In this document: positions 58,425 to 64,000 of the stretch, piece after piece
Position numbering within the stretch: the stretch's first letter is position 1
Layout: each line of letters begins with the position of its first letter
Assembly: GCA_963765815.1 (NCBI GenBank)
Contig: CAVXXT010000005.1
Span: 150,238 to 214,237 of the forward strand
Direction of reading: 5' to 3'
Source: an uncultured Actinomycetota bacterium
GTDB lineage: Bacteria; Actinomycetota; Actinomycetes; BP-191
Length of the DNA: 64,000 nucleotides
The notes under the pieces: model-generated
What the model saw: the letters and a program-made list of their open reading frames with translations, nothing else
Told to the model about the DNA's origin: nothing
Databases searched by the model: none
Made by a program: the position numbers and the translations under genes

Positions 58425-59144
58425 TCAGATCTTGCGCAGCACCGTCACGACGCGGCCGAGGATAACGGCGTCGTCGCCCTCGATCGGCTCGTAGGCCTCG
58501 TTGGCCGGCATCAGCCAGGTGTGCCCGGCGCGCCGGCGGTAGGTCTTCACGGTCGCCTCGCCGTCGAGCATCGCGGCGACGATGTCGCCCTGCTCGGCGT
58601 TGGGCTGCTGGCGCACGACGACCAGGTCGCCGTCGAAGATGCCCGCGTCGATCATCGAGTCGCCCTTGACGTTGAGCATGAACAGCGTGCCCTCGCCGAC
58701 CAGCTCGCGGGGGAGCGGGTAGACGTCCTCGATGAGCTGCTCGGCCAGGATCGGGCCGCCGGCCGCGATGGCGCCGACGATCGGGACGTACGCCGGCGTC
58801 GGACGCGCGGCCCGGGCCTCGGCCGAGTCGTCCATGCCGGGCTGGCCGGAGAAGATCTCCATCGCGCGCGGCCGGTTGGCGTCGCGGCGGATGTAGCCCT
58901 TGCGCACCAGCGTCTCGAGCTGGTGGTGGACGCTGCTCGAGCTGGCCAGCCCGACCGCCTCGCCGATCTCGCGGACGCTCGGCGGGTAGCCGCGCCGCTC
59001 GACCGAGTCGCGGATGACCTCGAGCACCCGGCGCTGCCGCGGGGTGAGCCCGGTCTCGTCGGCCGGGCCGTCGGGCAGCTCGGTGACGTCGGCGGCCGGC
59101 GTACCGGACGGGGTCTTCACGGACTTCGGCTCGGGCTTCGGCAT
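58425..59144 (-). CDS. lexA: SOS repressor LexA
   Basis: [10 protein letters not shown], Ala-Gly cleavage site IAAGGP, Ser in GDSM and Lys in ATVK. Confidence 0.97.
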   Translation of the reverse strand: MPKPEPKSVKTPSGTPAADVTELPDGPADETGLTPRQRRVLEVIRDSVERRGYPPSVREIGEAVGLASSSSVHHQLETLVRKGYIRRDANRPRAMEIFSGQPGMDDSAEARAARPTPAYVPIVGAIAAGGPILAEQLIEDVYPLPRELVGEGTLFMLNVKGDSMIDAGIFDGDLVVVRQQPNAEQGDIVAAMLDGEATVKTYRRRAGHTWLMPANEAYEPIEGDDAVILGRVVTVLRKI

Positions 59145-59161
59145 GGGGGGCGTCCTCCTGC

Positions 59162-59302
59162 TCGCACGGGTGTTCGATCGGCACGGTAGCGGGGTCGGGC
59201 GCCGGAATCAAACATCTGTTCGACATTTTCTGGTCAAAGGCTGGATTCGGCGTCCACCCCGGGGTATACATCGCACAGACGTTCGAACGAACACCCGTTC
59301 GT
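59162..59302. promoter_or_regulatory. Cluster of four SOS boxes between lexA and the LysM gene
   Basis: TCGCACGGGTGTTCGA 59162-59177, TCAAACATCTGTTCGA 59208-59223, TCGCACAGACGTTCGA 59271-59286 and ACGAACACCCGTTCGT 59287-59302. Confidence 0.85.
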
Positions 59303-59350
59303 TTCCACCCCTCGAGCGTTTTGTCAGACCCGGGAGCCAGCATGACCGCC

Positions 59351-59698
59351 ATGACCTACCAGCGCCCCTTCCCCGCCTCGACCGGCCCCGCGACCGCGCC
59401 CGCCCGCCTCACCCGGCGCGGCCGCATCGTCGTGGTGCTGGTGCTGGCGACGCTGACGCTCATCGCGTTCTCGCTCGGCCGGGCGTCGAGCTCCGACGCC
59501 TCGCGCGGCTCGGGTCGGCCGGCTTCCCCGCGGCCGACCACGGTCGTGCAGCCCGGCGACACGCTGTGGTCGATCTCGCGGCGGATCGCGCCCGGCGCCG
59601 ACCCGCGGGTCATGGTGTCGCGCCTGACCGAGCTCAACGACCTCGGTGGCCGCGCCATCCAGGCCGGCGAGAAGCTCACGCTGCCCTACTCCGGGTAG
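59351..59698 (+). CDS. TM-LysM protein (YneA/ChiZ-like SOS division inhibitor)
   Basis: RLTRRGR-TM-VVQPGDTLWSI...ELN.L....IQAGEKLTLP; divergent from lexA; alternative starts at 59321 and 59342. Confidence 0.85.
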   Translation: MTYQRPFPASTGPATAPARLTRRGRIVVVLVLATLTLIAFSLGRASSSDASRGSGRPASPRPTTVVQPGDTLWSISRRIAPGADPRVMVSRLTELNDLGGRAIQAGEKLTLPYSG

Positions 59699-59768
59699 CT
59701 CCCGGTGACCGTGCGTGACCTGTCGACCTGAGGTCGACGAAACACGCACACCCCACGATGCTGGGGGC

Positions 59769-60968
59769 ATGCGACGCGACGAGGCACGGGCCATCGCCGA
59801 GGCGACCGCGGGCGGCATCACCGCTCTGGTGGGCGCCGTCGAGGGCGTGCAGCGCGCGGTGACCAAGCGCGCCTATGGCGTCGTTGGACCGGTCGCCGTC
59901 GTACCCCGGGTCGCGCAGCAGGCGATGACCGCCGGCGTGTACGCCGCCGTGCGCGGCGCCACCCGAGCCGCCGGGATCGCCGCCGGCAAGGTCGCCGAGT
60001 CGCGCTGCGACGAGACCGCGCCGGCGCTCGAGGAGTCCAAGACCGCGAAGCTCGTCGGCTGGCTCAACTGCGCCTTCGGCGACGCGCTGGCCGAGGCGCG
60101 CAGCCCGCTGGCCGCGCAGATGTCGGTGCGCGTCGACGCCTGCGCCGTGCTGACGACCGCCGAGTGCCTCGCGGTGAGCTTCCCGGACGCAGGCGGGCGA
60201 GTGGTCGTCTTCCTGCACGGACTCGCTGGGACAGAGGCGGTCTGGGGCGCGCCGTCGTACGGCGAGCGCCTCACCGAGGACGTCGACGACGTCACGGCGG
60301 TGCATGTCCGCTACAACACCGGCCGGCACATCAGCGACAACGGGCACGACCTCACCGCGCTGCTCGACGAGCTGGTCACGCACTGGCCGACGACCGTCAC
60401 GCAGCTGGTGCTGGTCGGCCACTCGATGGGCGGGCTGGTGATCCGCAGCGCGTGTCATTACGCCGACGGGTCCGGGCACACCTGGCCCAAGCTGGTCACC
60501 GACATCGTGTCGCTCGGCTCACCGCACCGCGGCGCGCCGCTCGAGCGCGCGACCAACGTCATCACCGCCGCGCTGGGCCGGCTGCCCGAGATCGCGCCGC
60601 TGGCCAAGCTGGTCGACCGGCGCAGCGCCGGCGTCAAGGACCTGCGCTACGGCTACCTGCTCGACGACGACTGGTCCGGCTATGACGCCGACGAGGTCGG
60701 GATCGACCGCGGCGCCGACGTACCGCTGCATCCGACTGCGCGCCAGCACTTCGTCGCCGCGACGCTGACCGTGAAGCCCGACGGGCGGCTCGGCTCGCTG
60801 GTCGGCGACCTGCTGGTGCTGCCCGCCTCCGCGCACGGCCAGGCCCGCGACGGCCGGCGTACGTCGTTCCCGATCGAGCGGACCCGCCACGTCGGCGGCG
60901 CCCACCACCTCGCCCTGCTGCGCCACGAGCAGGTCTACGCCCTGCTCCACGAGATCCTCGCCACCTGA
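59769..60968 (+). CDS. PGAP1-like alpha/beta hydrolase
   Basis: VVFLHGL, RYNTG.HIS.NG, GHSMGGL, LGSPH.GAPLE and GDLLV. Confidence 0.85.
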   Translation: MRRDEARAIAEATAGGITALVGAVEGVQRAVTKRAYGVVGPVAVVPRVAQQAMTAGVYAAVRGATRAAGIAAGKVAESRCDETAPALEESKTAKLVGWLNCAFGDALAEARSPLAAQMSVRVDACAVLTTAECLAVSFPDAGGRVVVFLHGLAGTEAVWGAPSYGERLTEDVDDVTAVHVRYNTGRHISDNGHDLTALLDELVTHWPTTVTQLVLVGHSMGGLVIRSACHYADGSGHTWPKLVTDIVSLGSPHRGAPLERATNVITAALGRLPEIAPLAKLVDRRSAGVKDLRYGYLLDDDWSGYDADEVGIDRGADVPLHPTARQHFVAATLTVKPDGRLGSLVGDLLVLPASAHGQARDGRRTSFPIERTRHVGGAHHLALLRHEQVYALLHEILAT

Positions 60969-61057
60969 CCCCCCCTAACGAGATGGGTGGGGTTGGTTGA
61001 ACGGATCGGGCCGCTCGCGCATCTCAGCCTCGGCACACTGGCGAGGAGGGGCGGGGC

Positions 61058-61594
61058 ATGGTCGAGCTGGCGGGGGTGTCGATGGCCGGTCGCGCGTCCG
61101 GCGCGCCACGACTCGCCGGCATGTCCGCGGCCCGCACGGCGGCGTACGTCGAGTGCTTCGAGACCCACTTCGACCGGGTCGCCGGCTACTGCGCCACCAT
61201 CACCGGCGACCGGCACCTCGGCGCGGAGATCGCGCAGGAGTCGTTCGCGCGGCTCTTCGCCAAGTGGGTCGGCGTCCGCGACCCGAAGGCCTACGTCTAC
61301 CTCGTCGCCACCAACCTCGCGCGTGAGCGGTGGCGGCGCCTCGCCGTCGAGCGCAGCGCGTACGCCGACCTCGTCGCGCGCGCTGCGTCGGTGGCATCAC
61401 CGCCGGATGTGGACCTGCGCGACATGGTCGAGCGGCTGCCGGCCCGGCAGCGCGAGGCCACCCTGCTCCGCTACTACGCCGACCTGCCGATCGCCGACGT
61501 CGCCGCGCTGATGTCGCTGCCCGACGGCACCGTGAAACGACTGCTGCACGAGGCGCGCACCGCGCTCGGGCTGGCCCTGGGAGACGACCGATGA
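61058..61594 (+). CDS. ECF RNA polymerase sigma factor
   Basis: Region 2 EIAQESFARL...AYVY.VATN; region 4 LPARQREATLLRYYADL...VA..M..PDGTVK. Confidence 0.9.
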   Translation: MVELAGVSMAGRASGAPRLAGMSAARTAAYVECFETHFDRVAGYCATITGDRHLGAEIAQESFARLFAKWVGVRDPKAYVYLVATNLARERWRRLAVERSAYADLVARAASVASPPDVDLRDMVERLPARQREATLLRYYADLPIADVAALMSLPDGTVKRLLHEARTALGLALGDDR

Positions 61595-62556
61595 GCACAC
61601 CGCAGCTGCCCGACCCGATCCGGTCGGTGCCCGCCGCACCGGGCACCCTCGACGCGGTGCTCGCGGCCGCGCGGGCCAAGCGGCTGCGCCGGCTGCAGTT
61701 CGTCGGCGGCACCGGCGCGGCGGTGCTGCTCGCCACCGTCCTCGCGGTCAACCTCGGCGGCGGCGCCCCCACCGACTCCCTCGGCGTCACGGACGGCGGC
61801 GATACGGCGGTCGTCGACTCGCCCCCGGCCTCGTTGCCGCAGGACAACGAGTCGGCGCCCGGCTGCGCTATGCAGTCGGACGGCGCCGTCAGCTGCGGTC
61901 GCGAGGACGCCGATCCCGAACCGCCCACTTCGCCAAGCGCCGAGCCGGGGCACTCCGGCGGCGCCGACCCGGGGCCGGGCGAGCCGACGCCAACTCCGCG
62001 GCCGAAGCCGACCACGACGTACACGCCGTACCCGACGCCGCACCCGTCCGACCCGGGGCCGGAGCCGCAGCCGACGAAGCCGGCCGAGCCGACGTACAGC
62101 CCGCGCCCGCAGCCGACGACGACCGCCGAGCCGAGCCAGGACGCGCGCGGCGAGATGCGCCGTACGTACGTCGAGGGCACGACCCAGTGCAAGGACGGCG
62201 CCGAGTGGTGCGCCGACGCGCTGCCGACGCCGGCCGGCCGGCCGCTGGAGCTCACGGTGCGCGCCTGCCGCGACGCCGACGCCGGTCCCGGCCAGCTCGA
62301 GACAGGCCCGCCCGGCGCCGACTTCGAGGTGTACGACGGCGAGGGCATGGTGTGGCGCTGGTCGAGCGGCCAGGCGTTCCCGGCCGTGATGATGAGCCTC
62401 GACGTGCAGCCCGGCGACTGCCTGCAGTGGGCGACCACGTGGCAGGGCGTCGACGACGCCAACCACCGGCTCGCCGCCGGCCGCTACGACGGCGTCGCCT
62501 ACGTGACGGCCGAGCCGGTCCGCGCCCCGATGAAGTTCGTCATCACGCTGTCCTGA
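61591..62556 (+). CDS. Putative anti-sigma factor: TM, Pro/Thr stalk, BsuPI-like domain
   Basis: ATGA overlap with the sigma gene; RAKRLRR-TM; C-terminal DFEVYDGEG.VWRWS.GQAF...PG.C..W...W...GRY. Confidence 0.7.
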   Translation: MSTPQLPDPIRSVPAAPGTLDAVLAAARAKRLRRLQFVGGTGAAVLLATVLAVNLGGGAPTDSLGVTDGGDTAVVDSPPASLPQDNESAPGCAMQSDGAVSCGREDADPEPPTSPSAEPGHSGGADPGPGEPTPTPRPKPTTTYTPYPTPHPSDPGPEPQPTKPAEPTYSPRPQPTTTAEPSQDARGEMRRTYVEGTTQCKDGAEWCADALPTPAGRPLELTVRACRDADAGPGQLETGPPGADFEVYDGEGMVWRWSSGQAFPAVMMSLDVQPGDCLQWATTWQGVDDANHRLAAGRYDGVAYVTAEPVRAPMKFVITLS

Positions 62557-62602
62557 CCGCTCGGCCGGGAGGGACGCAGCCCGCTGCGCCGAAGTCAGCA
62601 GG

Positions 62603-63604
62603 ATGCGCTTCCTCGCCCAGACCTCCGCGCGCCGTCGTACCGCCGTCGCGCTCGCCGCCATCGCGGTCGCGGCCACCGTCTCGCCGGTCGCGGCGCACCC
62701 GCTGCACGGCACCGCGGTGTCCGGGCCGCGGGGCGTCGGCTACGACGTCGCCCAGCTGCTCCCGATCGACGTGCCCGGCATGGCGCCGATCGAGGACACC
62801 CCGCCGAGCTCGACCGCCAGCCGCTACGACTACGCGATCCCGCGGTCGACCGTCGACCGGCGCGACGAGGTCGACGACGGCCGGCTGGTCCACGTCGTCT
62901 ACTACCTGCCCGCCGACAAGCCCGACGAGGGCCTCGACATCAGCGGCGTCATCGACGTCTCCGTCGCCGCGCAGCAGAAGTGGATCGCGACGCAGACCGG
63001 CGGTCGCACGTGGCGCTTCGACACCTTCGCGTTCGACTCGCCGAGCGGACGGCAGACGGCGTACGACGTCACGTTCTTCCGCTCGCAGCTCACGTCGTCG
63101 CAGGTGAGCAGCGTGCAGGGCATCGACGAGGACCTGATCACCGCCGGTCTCGTGCAGGCCGGCAAGCGCTACCTCATCTACGCCGCCGTCGAGTCCGGCA
63201 ACGTCTGCGGCGAGGCCTACTACCCGCTCGGGTCGCCGACCAACTCCGCGGCCGACGGTCAGTTCGCGGCGGTCTACCTCGACGCGTCACCCGGCTGCGC
63301 GGCCCGCGACTTCGCGTCGTCCGTCGACTCCGCCGGCATGGTCGAGACCATCGCGCAGCAGGAGATCATGCACAACGACGGCGTCGTGCCGATGACCGCG
63401 CTGCACCAGTGCGTCCCCGGCTACTGGCACGTGTGCACGGCCGGGCTCGCCGAGGTCAACCTCGACCCGGAGCGGTTCGACATCCTCTTCCCGTACGTCG
63501 GCGTACCGCTGCGCGACAAGGTCCTCGACATCGGCCACGACGACTACTACCTCGCGCCGACGACGCTGCGCGACCTCACCGACAGCCCGTTCCTGACGAG
63601 CTGA
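62603..63604 (+). CDS. Secreted hypothetical protein with a degenerate zincin-like motif
   Basis: Signal peptide; QEIMHNDG at the HExxH-like position; Cys pairs; LDIGHDDYY. Confidence 0.7.
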   Translation: MRFLAQTSARRRTAVALAAIAVAATVSPVAAHPLHGTAVSGPRGVGYDVAQLLPIDVPGMAPIEDTPPSSTASRYDYAIPRSTVDRRDEVDDGRLVHVVYYLPADKPDEGLDISGVIDVSVAAQQKWIATQTGGRTWRFDTFAFDSPSGRQTAYDVTFFRSQLTSSQVSSVQGIDEDLITAGLVQAGKRYLIYAAVESGNVCGEAYYPLGSPTNSAADGQFAAVYLDASPGCAARDFASSVDSAGMVETIAQQEIMHNDGVVPMTALHQCVPGYWHVCTAGLAEVNLDPERFDILFPYVGVPLRDKVLDIGHDDYYLAPTTLRDLTDSPFLTS

Positions 63605-63624
63605 GCCGGGCACACGCGCAACGA

Positions 63625-63660
63625 AGCAGCGGCGCGGGGGAGAGGTCCCACGCCGCTGCT
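63625..63660. terminator. Hairpin between convergent genes
   Basis: AGCAGCGGCG...CGCCGCTGCT. Confidence 0.6.
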
Positions 63661-63680
63661 CCGATGCCGGGGAAGGCCTG

Positions 63681-64000
63681 TCAGACGGTGGCGGTACGAC
63701 GTGCGCCGGCCAGGCTGACGCCGAGCAGCGCGACCGAGCTGGCGAAGTGCAGGCCGTTGTCGGCCGAGTTGAGCGCGAGGATGTTCGCCGAGCTGTTCAG
63801 GATGAAGAGGCCGAGGACGCCGACCAGCAGGTACGTCGCGCCGACCGAGCCGTTGATCGCGCGGGCCGCCATCTCGCTGTTGCGGGCGGCGAGGATGAGC
63901 GTCACGCCGATGGCGAGGTGCACGACGTTGTGCAGCGGGTTGACCTCGAAGATGCCGAGCAGGTCCTTGCCGGTCGTCGATGCGAAGCCGACGCCGCTGG
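63681..64000 (-). CDS. DUF4383-like membrane protein (5' end outside the window)
   Basis: Open frame to the window edge: LLGIFEVNPLHNVVHLAIG...YLLVGVLG...NILALNSADNGLH. Confidence 0.8.
   Translation of the reverse strand, partial: SGVGFASTTGKDLLGIFEVNPLHNVVHLAIGVTLILAARNSEMAARAINGSVGATYLLVGVLGLFILNSSANILALNSADNGLHFASSVALLGVSLAGARRTATV

Noticed and set aside
57967-59352. 461-aa ORF as a long VOC fusion overlapping lexA
   Set aside because: The N-terminal part is an out-of-frame overlap with lexA; the VOC gene has its own RBS and GTG at 58404.
61900-62140. Pro/Thr-rich repeats as a DNA repeat element
   Set aside because: This is an ordinary low-complexity protein stalk with no exact DNA periodicity.

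Overview
High-GC Actinomycetota chromosomal segment carrying the conserved backbone thyX-dapA-rnj-ftsK-rodZ-rimO-pgsA-cinA-clgR-(nei-lhr)-recA-recX-rny-miaB-miaA-dapF-hflX-lexA, with many accessory genes inserted between core genes. Main points: (1) a ~5.5 kb island between ftsK and rodZ encodes a secreted subtilisin ending in 14 tandem W-S-S-S-S pentapeptides, translationally coupled to a multi-TM sensor-like protein and a HisKA_3 kinase and divergent from a LuxR regulator, which is a candidate peptide-signalling system; (2) an AbiEi/DUF559-like nuclease gene is bracketed by TGGAGCG-N24-CGCTCCA-type palindromes, with relatives elsewhere in the window; (3) recA carries a 438-aa intein at the RecA-a site and an AT-rich, synonymously recoded patch at the empty RecA-b site; (4) a promoter-driven, rod-like structured RNA candidate lies upstream of rny; (5) a complete IS481 has TIRs and a 6-bp TSD; (6) SOS boxes and RecA-NDp/PafBC-type promoters are present. 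Four single-base frameshifts (rodZ, lhr twice, a TIMP-like gene) look like sequencing errors. All family assignments come from motif recognition by eye; no database searches were run.
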